From a virus, in the IMG/VR virus record IMGVR_UViG_3300050821_006746, positions 1 through 64,000 of that record: a DNA stretch of 64,000 nt. The stretch is one strand, 5' to 3'. Numbering within the stretch: position 1 is the first letter of the stretch; each line of letters begins with the position of its first letter. Under the pieces are notes generated by a model. It saw nothing but the letters and a program-made list of their open reading frames with translations, made no database searches and had not been told where the DNA came from. Shown here piece after piece: positions 9,978 through 20,425 of this stretch. A program made the translations under genes and the position numbers.

Positions 9978-10012
9978 AAGAGCGCCACCAGAGATGATCT
10001 GGTGGCGCTCTT
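9978..10012. terminator. Intrinsic terminator
   Basis: 15-bp stem AAGAGCGCCACCAGA / TCTGGTGGCGCTCTT. Confidence 0.8.
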
Positions 10013-10375
10013 GTTAATCGTCGCAGTCGCACTCTGCCGGGTCCAGGTAGGCTTGACATTCGTCATTGTGGCACTCATACGAGTCGCACAAGTCGCCGCC
10101 ACAGGCGTAACCAGGCTAATTGCATCGGCATGTAGTGCGATAGTACGAGTAACTATCTGGATTGTTCAAATCTCCGCTCACGCGGGTCAAATCGTGGATC
10201 TCTTCATGGCAAGATCTGCACTCATACGTTGCGGATATATCGTCTGCATCGCGCATTTCCGAGGGCGCCTATGGCGCCCTCGGCGTGCCTGCCTTTGGAC
10301 GTAATAAGTTCTGGCGAATACTTTGTTCTCGGCTTAGCATAATTATGTGCTCTCTTTCTCCTCGCATGTGCGAGG

Positions 10376-10642
10376 CTACATCAGCCGCTCTGCCTCGCTA
10401 CGCTTGAGTCCAGCAAAGCCCTTGTTAATGAGGAATTGATCTAGTCGGTGCTCCTGCTCGAAATCGAAATGATACCAGAGCGTGCGATCCTCCGGGTCGT
10501 GCTTGATGCACACACGATAAACGTCGTCAAATTGATCTGACTCGATCTCTATCGTGCGACCACGAGCGTCAGTGTAAGAGATCATTTGACCGGGAATCAA
10601 GTCAATGCGTGCGTTCGCATCAGTTATGGTTGTGTGGTTCAT
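10376..10642 (-). CDS. Hypothetical protein
   Basis: 88-aa ORF in a leftward chain. Confidence 0.6.
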   Translation of the reverse strand: MNHTTITDANARIDLIPGQMISYTDARGRTIEIESDQFDDVYRVCIKHDPEDRTLWYHFDFEQEHRLDQFLINKGFAGLKRSEAERLM

Positions 10643-10942
10643 GGTTTGTCTCGCTTTCTTTTTGTACGCACTGTTTAAACTCCGTAAAGCTCTCTTCGCC
10701 CTGACGTTGCACTAAGAAAAGTGTGGCAAGTCTGCGCTCTTCCTGATCCTTAAGCCATTCTTCGGCAAATGGATCATCTTTTAGGCAGATAGTTTTGATG
10801 CGATTGTCCAGCCACTCATAGCGAGTCTCCAGAGCGTTTTTGTGATACTCGTCAGTGATGGCTCCCGCCTCAAGGATCTTCGCGGTCAGATCTTCGCGCT
10901 TCTTGAGCAAAGAAGCCATATGACTTACGTGGCTATACTTAT

Positions 10943-11344
10943 ATGCCAGATATGCTTGCCAGAATGGCGCAAACCCGTGTTCGTTGGCAAAACGAGCAGT
11001 ATGGCGTCGATCAGGAAGAAGTGGAAACGGCGGCACTGGCAAAATATCGGATTAGAGCATCCTTGCCATACCGAAAAGATAAAGAGACACCGGAAGAGCG
11101 ACAATCCCGCGATAACACTGAGAATGCCGCCATACAGGATGCGATGAATGCGCTGCCCTGGCCCGGCATCCCGTTGGCAGAGTTGGCCGAACGGCACCAC
11201 ATCCCGCTCGGAACCCTGTATGCAGCGGTTAACGACAAGATCATCCCTACTCGCAAGGCAGGAAAAACGGTCCTCGTCAACACAAAGGATCGTCAGTGGG
11301 TAGAGTGGTTGGCTCGCTATAATGCTAGGCGTCGGCGCAAATAA
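10943..11344 (+). CDS. DNA-binding protein with C-terminal excisionase-like HTH
   Basis: LAELAERHHIPLGTLYAAVNDKIIPTRKAGKTVLV. Confidence 0.7.
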   Translation: MPDMLARMAQTRVRWQNEQYGVDQEEVETAALAKYRIRASLPYRKDKETPEERQSRDNTENAAIQDAMNALPWPGIPLAELAERHHIPLGTLYAAVNDKIIPTRKAGKTVLVNTKDRQWVEWLARYNARRRRK

Positions 11345-11355
11345 GCGCACAACAA

Positions 11356-11390
11356 AATGCCGCTGATCTCATTGGAAGATCAGCGGCATT
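11356..11390. terminator. Terminator between convergent genes
   Basis: AATGCCGCTGATCT / AGATCAGCGGCATT stem. Confidence 0.8.
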
Positions 11391-11412
11391 GTCTTATCGT
11401 CTAGGCACTATA

Positions 11413-12216
11413 TTATAGCATCCACGCGTTGCTCTTTGCGGGTAAGCGCTCATTCTCGCCAGTTGACTGCGGGTGCGTCTCGCTGCTATGCATCATGTCT
11501 AGCAGGATCGCCTCAGCACGCATAGCGGTGATCTGGATAGTATCCGTGGACTTGGACACGCGAGGACGCTTCTCAGTGCTCTCACACTCGTCATCCTCGC
11601 TATATGTTGCCTGATGGGGGATATCAGCAAATAGCGTTCCTCGTGCCTCTGGGATAGGTGTATGTGGCGTGGGTTGTGGCGTTGGCGCATACTGGATATC
11701 ACGAGCTGGTAGTGGACCCGTTGGCGGTTTGTTGATGGTGGATCGCAAGGCAGATGGCAATTGGGGCAATTCTTTCACTGTGGATAACTCAGCAAAGATG
11801 CCTCGCACGCCTTCCTCTTGCCATGCATGGCGCATATCACGCGCATAGGTGCCTGGTGTGGCTTCTCTCACTCGCTTGGCAATCTTGCCTGCTGGTAAAG
11901 CGAGAGCATTGATTCTGCCTGTTTGGATTCTGACAAGATTTTCTCTCGCCTCATCTGCAACGGCTTGATCGCATGGGAGACAGAAATACTTATCCTTATC
12001 GAAGAGTGATTTGGTCATTGGTTGCCCACATATCAGGCATGGATCAGGGTAACGCTCCCATGTGGATGCTGTAACAACAGCTCTGGGCGCTGGCAAGAGC
12101 GCTACGGGGGCACTCGCTATAATGCGTTCATTCTTTTCTTGCAGGCTTAGCAGGAACTTGATAAACGCGCTCATGCGTTGCTTGATGTTTAATCCGGTCA
12201 CTGACGGATTGGTCAT
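11413..12216 (-). CDS. Hypothetical protein with Zn ribbon and Pro/Thr-rich tail
   Basis: CLIC..CLPC; RBS AAGGA. Confidence 0.7.
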   Translation of the reverse strand: MTNPSVTGLNIKQRMSAFIKFLLSLQEKNERIIASAPVALLPAPRAVVTASTWERYPDPCLICGQPMTKSLFDKDKYFCLPCDQAVADEARENLVRIQTGRINALALPAGKIAKRVREATPGTYARDMRHAWQEEGVRGIFAELSTVKELPQLPSALRSTINKPPTGPLPARDIQYAPTPQPTPHTPIPEARGTLFADIPHQATYSEDDECESTEKRPRVSKSTDTIQITAMRAEAILLDMMHSSETHPQSTGENERLPAKSNAWML

Positions 12217-12322
12217 TTTTCGTGTTCCTTTTCTACTAACGTGGTCGTTAGCAATCCAAAAACGACGTATATTCCTCCAAGTCCATACGGTATTCAATGT
12301 CACGATACATCAAAATAGATAG

Positions 12323-12376
12323 AATTGCAACAATGAGAGACTTTGCGTAGATACTCAATTGATCATTGTTGCAATT
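12323..12376. promoter_or_regulatory. 14-bp inverted repeat operator upstream of the gene starting at 12216
   Basis: AATTGCAACAATGA-N26-TCATTGTTGCAATT. Confidence 0.6.
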
Positions 12377-12417
12377 TGGGAGCACTTTTGTGGTGTATCT
12401 AATGTATTGCTTGCTTG

Positions 12418-14224
12418 CTATCCGTAGAGATTAGCGTGCAATTTTCCTAGCATCTCCTCGATAGTGGTTCCCATGTGGCTATAGAGCCAGCCACGACGCG
12501 TCACGAAGTACAAACGCTCAATATTGCTACCCTCAGAGTAGAATGGCGCATGGCTAAACCTGAAAAACGCAACCATATCAAAACCAAGTTTAGCCCGATA
12601 CTCCTCGATATATTGCGTGAGAAGAGCGATACATGGTGCCATCTCTTCCTCTGCCCACTCACCCTCAAAGATCCATTGCGTGCGGTCTTCGCCTCCTGGC
12701 AAGTGACCTTTGGTGTCTGTTTGTGTCACTACTTATTCTCCCGTCTTTCTTGCCATACCTTCATAGGTGTATTCTGACTTACGGCCAGAGGTATAATGTT
12801 CCCATGCAACACCAGCAGCGACTTGATCGTTGTACCAATATTGATGTTGACCATTTGCGGCAGCCCTCAATCGTTTTTCAATACCATTCATGTCGAAGCG
12901 GATGTAAACGCGCCGACCTGAGCGGTCATACCTGTACCCAGGTGGAAGTTGAGGAACCTCTCTCATTGCTTATTCCTCCTCCTCAACAACTTTCCACTCA
13001 CCATCCACAAGCTTGTTCCGATCCCGCATGCGCACGAAATGCGCACCCGACGTGTTCGTATCTCATCCACAGGGGTATCCTTTTCTGCGAGCAGTCGCTT
13101 GCTGGTTAGCTTGCTTGAGCCAGCATGTGATGCAGATCTGCTGGCCCGTTGGGGGCGTCGTAAAGAACTTCTTGCGACATACTTCGCATCTCCAATGAGG
13201 TTTAAAAATTTTCATAGCATCTCCTTTTTGTATCGGCTAACTTGTGCCAACTAGTCCTTTTTATGGATGAGTCAACCAAAAATCTCGGAGGACCTTCCTC
13301 CTCTGGCGTGATAATCATTTCACGGTCGATATCAATGAGGTTTATCCCGCTTACCTTTTTCCATCTTCTACCTGTAGGTGTGCGTAGGACGCCAATCAGC
13401 GGCGTTGTATCGTCAAGGCTATCTGCATAGCCGACAACCTTTGCATCCACCTCCTGGCCTTTGTGGCGAATGCGTAGCACGTCGCCTAGCTCATATTCCC
13501 AGGATCGCGTTGCTCTCCCTCCAACGGATGCCAGGTGCGACCTGGCATCCTGCTATGTGTGCTACTGAACCAGAACACGCCGCTCATTGCACTTGTCGTA
13601 TAAAGCGTCAAGGAACAAGTTTAGCAAATGCTCATTATTGGCGCGCTCAAAGCAAATGATTGCAGCGGGATCATCCTTGAACAAATCGCACTGACGTAGC
13701 TTATCAGCAATCGCTTTGCCGATCTCAGGCACGCTCATTGCAGGATCATTGATGTACTGCTTAATGTAAATGCGTGCATTCCAACTGAGAATGGGCCCGG
13801 TTGGCTCTGCCATCTCGTCTAGCAGATCGAATACGTTGTCGTGAATGCTCATTGTTGTTCTCCTCTCAGGCAGGCCAGCGAGTACCAGCCTGCCATATAC
13901 GCGCTACTAGGGCAAATCGTCACTATCTAAGAATGGGTCAAAGTTGTCTCCACTAACGATGGTTACTGGACTGCGCGTCTCTTGATCCGCCTTGAACGTC
14001 GCAACAGCCTTAATTAGCGTCTCGAATGCCGATTGTGAAAGCGTGATGGTTGCACCGCCTTGATCGGCAATGACCATTTGACCATGAGAATCGATCAATG
14101 CTGTCTGGAATGTCACACGAGCAGAGGCTTCAAACTCATCTCGCTCGTCAGATAAGCCTGCTTGCAAGAGCACAAGGCGATCATAATGGCGCTCAGCAAG
14201 GATTGTACCGGGTTCGAGGTTCAT
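12418..14224 (-). other. Chain of small hypothetical genes (12418-12729, 12733-12966, 13202-13480, 13562-13852, 13907-14224 and small Zn-finger ORFs)
   Basis: Co-oriented ORFs with GGAG/GAGG RBSs downstream of the SSAP. Confidence 0.7.
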
Positions 14225-14278
14225 TGGTTGCTCCTTTCGGAGGGGCTAGACCAGTGCGATCTAGCCCCCATCTCACTA

Positions 14279-14926
14279 CTACGATGCTTTCGCTACAGGT
14301 TGCTCTTCATTCACGGCATTCATGAGTTGGTCAAGTTGCACTTGTGTGAGGCTTGCCAGCGTGTCAGCATTGACAGGATAGCCCAATTCAGCACAGGCGA
14401 AGGTGTAGAAACCGTTGGCATCTGACCAGAGATGTTTGGCTTTACCCGCGTTATAGACGGGCGTGTAGGGCTTGCTAGTGCGTTGTACGGATTGCTCGCC
14501 ATGCTCAGCAGGCTTAGCCAGTGTCACTGGTGCTGAATTATCAGATTGCCCTGTACCGCTAAATGGTTTGCCACGCTCAATTTCATCTTTGCTGGCAATG
14601 CTCTCTACAGAACCGAAGCCAGCAAATGCCAGAGCACGACCAATAGCCGATGTCTCGCCACACTCGAAAGGGTTGGTTCCGTCTGGTGTATTCTTTGGTG
14701 CATTCATCTTGATTTCGGCATTGCCAATATATTGTTGACCATCAACAACGATCACTGCCACCCAAAGCCAGCGATCCGCCACATTCGTAGGCTCACTCTT
14801 GATGATGCTGAACACAGCCTTTTTCTCGTGAACCATGTGGACACGCTCGGACACTTCTACGTAGTTCTTACCATGAAGATTAAGGGTTTTGACGCCATTT
14901 ACATTTTGGTATTGACCGCTAGCCAT
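14279..14926 (-). CDS. Rad52/Sak-like single-strand annealing protein
   Basis: KNYVEVSERV...ECGETSAIGRALAFAGFG..SIASKDEI signature. Confidence 0.7.
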   Translation of the reverse strand: MASGQYQNVNGVKTLNLHGKNYVEVSERVHMVHEKKAVFSIIKSEPTNVADRWLWVAVIVVDGQQYIGNAEIKMNAPKNTPDGTNPFECGETSAIGRALAFAGFGSVESIASKDEIERGKPFSGTGQSDNSAPVTLAKPAEHGEQSVQRTSKPYTPVYNAGKAKHLWSDANGFYTFACAELGYPVNADTLASLTQVQLDQLMNAVNEEQPVAKAS

Positions 14927-14972
14927 AATATTGCTCCTCGTCACTGAAAGGGTAATCAACTATCATGGCTAC

Positions 14973-15002
14973 ATTATATCCGACAATGGATAATGATGTC
15001 AA
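14973..15002 (-). promoter_or_regulatory. Promoter of the SSAP operon with TATCC-N6-GGATA operator
   Basis: TTGACA-N18-TATAAT. Confidence 0.75.
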
Positions 15003-15415
15003 GCACTTTCCTTTTTCTGCGAATATCTCCCTCTATTCACTTTATCGTCTTTGCGTCGTTGGCGTTCTTGCTCTCGCTCTTTAACCAGGCGTTGCGCTTT
15101 TTCGATATCAGGGATATGAAAGCCCTGTCTAAGCAGTATTCCTATGGTTTCAGCACAATCCTCTAGCCAGTCGGCTACATCCTTTGCCTCAACGGGCCTT
15201 TCTTGACGTTTCGTTGGAGTCGGCAACTGCTCCACAATAAAAGACCGATCGTAAAGAGTTAGCCTCTTGGATGCGTGCTTTATGTACTGCTTATCAATCT
15301 TGCCAGTGTTCCTCAATTGCTTGAGATCATCTGGCGAAACAAAAAAGCCCTTGCGGATACTCACCTCAAGGCTCGCCTCCAGTGGCGTAATCCATTCAGT
15401 TGTTGGTTGCGACAT
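14999..15415 (-). CDS. HTH (MerR/excisionase-like) regulator
   Basis: EWITPLEAS...VSPDDLKQLRNTGKI...LYDR; divergent from the helicase. Confidence 0.6.
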   Translation of the reverse strand: MSQPTTEWITPLEASLEVSIRKGFFVSPDDLKQLRNTGKIDKQYIKHASKRLTLYDRSFIVEQLPTPTKRQERPVEAKDVADWLEDCAETIGILLRQGFHIPDIEKAQRLVKEREQERQRRKDDKVNRGRYSQKKESA

Positions 15416-15433
15416 ATTTACCTCCATGACCAA

Positions 15434-15497
15434 ATTTTACACGACGTTGGATATTTTGTCAAAAAGGCTTGACATATCCAACGTCGGATGTTATAGT
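15434..15497. promoter_or_regulatory. Back-to-back promoters with 13-bp inverted operators
   Basis: + strand TTGACA(15469)-N17-TATAGT; - strand TTGACA(15462)-N17-TAAAAT; CGACGTTGGATAT / ATATCCAACGTCG. Confidence 0.85.
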
Positions 15498-15536
15498 TCG
15501 TCTAGACGATAAATGATTAGCAACCAGGAGGGCGAT

Positions 15537-18167
15537 ATGGCAATGGCAACTTTCACACCGACAGCACAACAGGACGCAGTGATCTCTTTCTTCGAGGCGA
15601 AGTTTGGTCCTGCTCAGCGCGATAAACTGGTTTCCGTATTCTTGAATGCAGTTGCCGGTAGCGGCAAAACTAGCACACTTATGCTCGTTGCCGAAGCCGC
15701 CAAGGCAATGGAGCAACGTACTGGCAAGAATATCAAAGGTTGCATGGTTGCCTTCAACAAGATCATTGCAACAACAGCACAAAACAAGCTCAAAGATATT
15801 GGTTCTCGCCTTGAGGCAAAGACCACCAATGCTCTGGGACACGCTATTTTAAATGAGGCGGCGCGCACTGATATGTGCCCGAAGCCCAAACTTGATACGA
15901 AGAAATATTATGAGCGTGTGCTGAACTATGTGTCTGCTCGCAAGTTCTCCTTCCCTGCTGGTCGGATACCCCCAAAGATGATTAGCAGCATCAACAAGCT
16001 GGTGAGTGCCGCTCGTCTAACCTTCACCGAACCGACTGAGGATAACCTGCTTGATATCGTTGACCACTACGGTCTTGATATTGACATCACAACCAATTGG
16101 GCGTTCATCTGGCAGGCAGTAGCACCAATCATCGAAGAGGGCGTCAATGAGTTTCTTGCGACTGGCAAGATTGACTTTGACGATCAGATTTATCTTCCCT
16201 TGCGTCTCGAATATGCCGCGCCAATGTACGATCTTCTGATGATTGACGAGGCGCAAGACCTGAACAGCGTGAGGCTCAAACTCATTCAGTCTTGCGTGAA
16301 GAACAATGGCATGCTCCTCTTCGTCGGAGACCCTTTCCAAGCCATTCAGGGCTTCGCCTTCGCTGATACTCATAGTATCCAGACCATCAAGCAAGAGACA
16401 AACGCCGCTGAATTGCCACTCTCAGTATGCTGGCGTTGTGATAACAAAATCATCGAGGTTGCTCAGGCACTCGTACCGCACATCGAGGCACGCCCTGGTG
16501 CCAATGACGGTATCGTTGATATGGTCTCCTCTTCTCTGCTGATTAAGGCGCTAGAAACCGGCTACAAGCGCAGTGGCAGCACGAAAGACGGTGATCTCGT
16601 TCTTTGTCGCGTCAACGCTGATCTGGTTCGCTATTGTCTAGACACTATTCGCGCTGGCAAGTACGCCGTCATTCGTGGCCGCTCAATCGGCCGTGGCATC
16701 CTCGCAAAGATTGATGAGATTATCGAGAAAGCTGGCAAGCCGGTCACACTCGCCAATCTCTCAGAAGCGGCGCAAGACTGGCTAGCACTGCAAATCAATT
16801 CCTTGTGGGGCAAGAAAAACGCAGAGGACAAGATTGCTAAGCTTGAGGATCAGGTTGACTCGATTGACGCCTTTGTAACTGGCTTCCTCCTCGATACGCC
16901 AACTGGCAATATTGACCAGCTTCGCGCTTACATTGAAGAGAAGTTCTCTGGAGACGAGGGCGAAGGAAGCGAAGAGCAAGATGGTATTCTGCCCATCATC
17001 TTTTCTACGGTCCACAAGGCGAAAGGGTTGGAGTTTGACCGTGTATTCATCCTTCGCCCTGACCTGATGCCCCATCCAATGGCTAAGCTCGACTGGCAAA
17101 AAGAGCAAGAGTACAATATCCTCTACGTCGCCTGCACACGCGCCAAGCATGAACTCTACTTTGTCGATGATATCCCTGAGTGTTTGAAGCACGTGGTAGA
17201 ACCAATGATTGCTCCTGAAGAGATGATTGACGAAGAGGAAGCCGTTGCTATCGCTGAAAGTATCGTAACCCCTGTCGTTGAGGCTCCTGAGATTGTAGAA
17301 GAGCCCGCTGTTACACCAGAGCCAATCATCGCAGAGCAACCAGTCGAGGTAGCGCAGCCCACGTACAACTACCCCTATAGCGATGGCAAAAGCCGCAAAG
17401 GCGCTGCCAAGACAAAGGGCGTAGCATACAATTTTCCACCTGAACTCTGCGACAAGCTTGACCAGGCGGCGGCGCTCATCCTTGAGAAAGATGGCCACAA
17501 ATTCGACAAGAGCGCCTACATTGCTGGTGTGCTTGTTGGCGCATACCCCAACATCGACGAGTTGATCGCTTCTTTGCAGGATCAGGACAACACCCCTGAT
17601 CCTGATGACCACGGCGGCGCTCCACTGCCAGCAACTAGCGAGATCGTGGAGGGTGGCTCTCACTTCTCCTCTACACTTGCCCACTTCTTCGATATGGCGA
17701 TACAGGACGCCACTAGCAGAGGTTACACGGTGCAAGCAGTCATTAACACACCGCAAGCAGCAACGCCTATTGTAGCGTCTGAGAGCCATCTAGAAACACC
17801 TATGTTATTTGACGCTCCTATCGATCCCGAAAAAGCATACAGGCGCTTCTATCATTGTGGAAGCAAGTTCTGCAAGCACAAATGGGGCTACGATTATCGT
17901 TACGATAACGAGCGCAATGAATTTTATCGTCTAGACGCCAACGGTAAGCGTATCAGTGCAGAGCAAGACGCGATCTGCCCGAAGTGTGGCAATGATGGAA
18001 AGTACGCGAAGAAGCGCACACTCAGAGCCACCTATCACCCTGGACATCGCTGCACTGCCTCATGTAAGAATGCAACTAGCGATGAATGTACGTGTGTATG
18101 TGGTGGTTCGTCGCATGGCGAGAAGTGGATGCAAGGAGTCAAGTTGCTCAAAGCGCCGAAAAAATAG
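15537..18167 (+). CDS. UvrD/Rep-like SF1 helicase with long C-terminal RHH-like and Zn-binding extension
   Basis: AVAGSGKT, IDEAQD, VGDPFQAI, STVHKAKGLEFD, YVACTRA. Confidence 0.9.
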   Translation: MAMATFTPTAQQDAVISFFEAKFGPAQRDKLVSVFLNAVAGSGKTSTLMLVAEAAKAMEQRTGKNIKGCMVAFNKIIATTAQNKLKDIGSRLEAKTTNALGHAILNEAARTDMCPKPKLDTKKYYERVLNYVSARKFSFPAGRIPPKMISSINKLVSAARLTFTEPTEDNLLDIVDHYGLDIDITTNWAFIWQAVAPIIEEGVNEFLATGKIDFDDQIYLPLRLEYAAPMYDLLMIDEAQDLNSVRLKLIQSCVKNNGMLLFVGDPFQAIQGFAFADTHSIQTIKQETNAAELPLSVCWRCDNKIIEVAQALVPHIEARPGANDGIVDMVSSSLLIKALETGYKRSGSTKDGDLVLCRVNADLVRYCLDTIRAGKYAVIRGRSIGRGILAKIDEIIEKAGKPVTLANLSEAAQDWLALQINSLWGKKNAEDKIAKLEDQVDSIDAFVTGFLLDTPTGNIDQLRAYIEEKFSGDEGEGSEEQDGILPIIFSTVHKAKGLEFDRVFILRPDLMPHPMAKLDWQKEQEYNILYVACTRAKHELYFVDDIPECLKHVVEPMIAPEEMIDEEEAVAIAESIVTPVVEAPEIVEEPAVTPEPIIAEQPVEVAQPTYNYPYSDGKSRKGAAKTKGVAYNFPPELCDKLDQAAALILEKDGHKFDKSAYIAGVLVGAYPNIDELIASLQDQDNTPDPDDHGGAPLPATSEIVEGGSHFSSTLAHFFDMAIQDATSRGYTVQAVINTPQAATPIVASESHLETPMLFDAPIDPEKAYRRFYHCGSKFCKHKWGYDYRYDNERNEFYRLDANGKRISAEQDAICPKCGNDGKYAKKRTLRATYHPGHRCTASCKNATSDECTCVCGGSSHGEKWMQGVKLLKAPKK

Positions 18168-18171
18168 CAAC

Positions 18172-18204
18172 AAAAAGAGCACGCATAGCTACCCATGCGT
18201 GCTC
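18172..18204. terminator. Terminator hairpin (U-tail on - strand)
   Basis: AAAAA-GAGCACGCAT / ATGCGTGCTC. Confidence 0.75.
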
Positions 18205-18351
18205 CCAACGCTTACGATCACCCCTGCTGCTTCGACAACAGAAGTATGCTCAGTATAGCATATCTGACAATGATAATCATTATTATATGAGCGCTTGCTC
18301 AAATATACCATACTTGATACAATCGCGCCAATGATTCTAGGGAGCCGAAAA

Positions 18352-19155
18352 ATGGGTATAATCAAGCCACCAATAGAGGTAATTTGCGCTATCTGCCACA
18401 AGCCATTTCTAGCAAAACCATACAACACGCCTAAATGTTGCTCTTCTGCATGTACACACGAACTCCGAAGCCAGATAACCCATAGGCGTGTAGGATATGC
18501 AAAACAAGTTACTCTGACTTGTCCGGATTGTGGCAACGATTTTTCGCTAAGTGCGTCACAGAAAAACCAACGACGTTGTCCAGAATGCATAAGTAAAGCC
18601 AAACTGGCCTGGCAACCAATCCAAACAGAGACTCAGGTGGAGGCAATAGAACAACCCATAGAATCTTCCTGTTGGAGAAAAGACCCGATCAATCACAAGA
18701 GGACTGATAGTATTTTGATCAAGCATCCACTTGCGCCCCTCTCTCAATACAGAAAAAGGAACGCCCAAAAGTCCGTGTACGACCTTTGGGCTTCTGGCTA
18801 TAACTTTGGCCAGATAGCAAAGATTTATAAAGTTTATCGCTACCAAGTTTCCGATGAATATTACCACGAAGTTGATAATCTAACTCAAATGGCCCAATCT
18901 ATGCACAATGATCTATTGCAAAGAATAGATGTTGTTAGCGCATTGCCACCCCAAGAAAGAAAAGCGAGAAACCCAACTCCTCACTCACTCGCAAAAGAAA
19001 AAATGAAGTCCGAAGCCATTAGGCTCCACGCAGAAGGTTTGTCTAGTTATAAAATCGCAGATATGCTTGGCAAACCGGCCAAAACAGTTCAGGGATGGCT
19101 CAAAAAAGAACAAAGGCCAAACGATCGCGCCATTGGCAACATGTGGGCGTGGTGA
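18352..19155 (+). CDS. Zn-finger plus two-HTH protein
   Basis: CAIC..CCSSAC, CPDC..CPEC; GLSSYKIADMLGKPAKTVQGWL. Confidence 0.7.
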   Translation: MGIIKPPIEVICAICHKPFLAKPYNTPKCCSSACTHELRSQITHRRVGYAKQVTLTCPDCGNDFSLSASQKNQRRCPECISKAKLAWQPIQTETQVEAIEQPIESSCWRKDPINHKRTDSILIKHPLAPLSQYRKRNAQKSVYDLWASGYNFGQIAKIYKVYRYQVSDEYYHEVDNLTQMAQSMHNDLLQRIDVVSALPPQERKARNPTPHSLAKEKMKSEAIRLHAEGLSSYKIADMLGKPAKTVQGWLKKEQRPNDRAIGNMWAW

Positions 19156-19433
19156 GAAAGGGAAATTTAATGGGCAATGAAGAAAGGGAATACTCTCCTG
19201 TTGCAGATGTGCAAGAGCAAATAGCAGCAGGAGAAATTGAGGAAATCAAACCCCGAAAGTTTGATAACCACTAAAGTGGTTACTGGCCCGCCAATCCATT
19301 TACTGTAAATGTGGTTACCATCCATTATACCCATTACATTAGCACCAAATCGCACAATTGGTATTATTGTTGTTAAATGCCTCTATTTGTCACAATCGGT
19401 ATAATGGATATTAAAACATGGAGGTGCGGTTCA

Positions 19434-19616
19434 ATGGAGCCACAAAATCTCGATCTTGAATTAAAAAAGCTGAGAAAAGAAAATGATACATTAAGAGAGG
19501 ATAACGCCACGCTAAAAGAGACGATAAAGATCCTTGGACAAAAACTGTATCCATCGCAAAACGACTTCACGAAAACGCTACTGATCAACAAAGAATCCGC
19601 GAATGAGTTGGTTTGA
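19434..19616 (+). CDS. Small coiled-coil protein
   Basis: RBS GGAGGTG. Confidence 0.55.
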   Translation: MEPQNLDLELKKLRKENDTLREDNATLKETIKILGQKLYPSQNDFTKTLLINKESANELV

Positions 19617-19732
19617 CAAAGAAGAATGCAAGTAATATGATATACAAGTGAGAGCTTGACCAGCAATCACGCATCCATCGCCTGAAAAAGCTTGCTTTCC
19701 AATCTGCAAAAATCGAGAGCGAGCTTTTTTGC
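19613..19732 (+). ncRNA. Candidate ~85-nt sRNA
   Basis: TTGACA(19613)-N17-TATGAT; no convincing ORF before the terminator at 19686-19731. Confidence 0.5.
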
Positions 19733-19748
19733 ATTCATCGTGAATATC

Positions 19749-20318
19749 TCAAGCAACGCTATCATCAGCATTTGGGAATCTTTCTAAGAAATCCTTTTTC
19801 AAGCTTTCTTCAATTTCTTGATCGATAATCTCCTCTATCCTCTGAGCCATCGCAAAACACGCATTGCTTAGTTGGGTATAGTTCTTTGTGTTTCCCTGAT
19901 CATCTGTAAATATGTAGTTACTACCTTCCTGGGCAATTTTACATTCACGATGCCAAACCACGCCAGTAATCTCTACCATGCGCTTCCACCCTCGCACGAA
20001 TTCCTTTTTGATCTCGGCAATTTGCCATAATTCCTTCTTGGTTTGAGCTTCTTCGTATTTCCTGTGTTCTGCTCGCAATGCATCTAATTTTGTATCTCGC
20101 TCTAACCATCCTTCTGTGTACTCAAAAATCACATAATTATCATTGATTTTTGGGCCTATTCGCTGTAACTTTTTCGCTGTTTCCTCTGAGTATTCACTAT
20201 CGGCAAAAAGATCTTTGAGATCAATTCCCGCATCAACAAGAGCCCTAAATTTATTCCATTCTGGTTCAAAAAATCGAATCCCTTCACAATCATATTCACC
20301 TGTCTCTACCATCTTCAA
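19749..20318 (-). CDS. Hypothetical protein (AT-rich)
   Basis: 189-aa ORF, RBS GGAGG. Confidence 0.7.
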   Translation of the reverse strand: MKMVETGEYDCEGIRFFEPEWNKFRALVDAGIDLKDLFADSEYSEETAKKLQRIGPKINDNYVIFEYTEGWLERDTKLDALRAEHRKYEEAQTKKELWQIAEIKKEFVRGWKRMVEITGVVWHRECKIAQEGSNYIFTDDQGNTKNYTQLSNACFAMAQRIEEIIDQEIEESLKKDFLERFPNADDSVA

Positions 20319-20425
20319 GCCTCCAATAATTTTAATAACCAGTATACCCCTACCACCAATAAATCAAAACACAACAAAAACACTGGCCAAACACCAGTGC
20401 TTTCAAACACACCTAATAATGATTA

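Noticed and set aside
16782-17789. 335-aa minus-strand ORF and similar long antisense ORFs (e.g. 1124-1627, 56925-57455)
   Set aside because: Shadows of strong sense genes, with no RBS or recognisable motifs.
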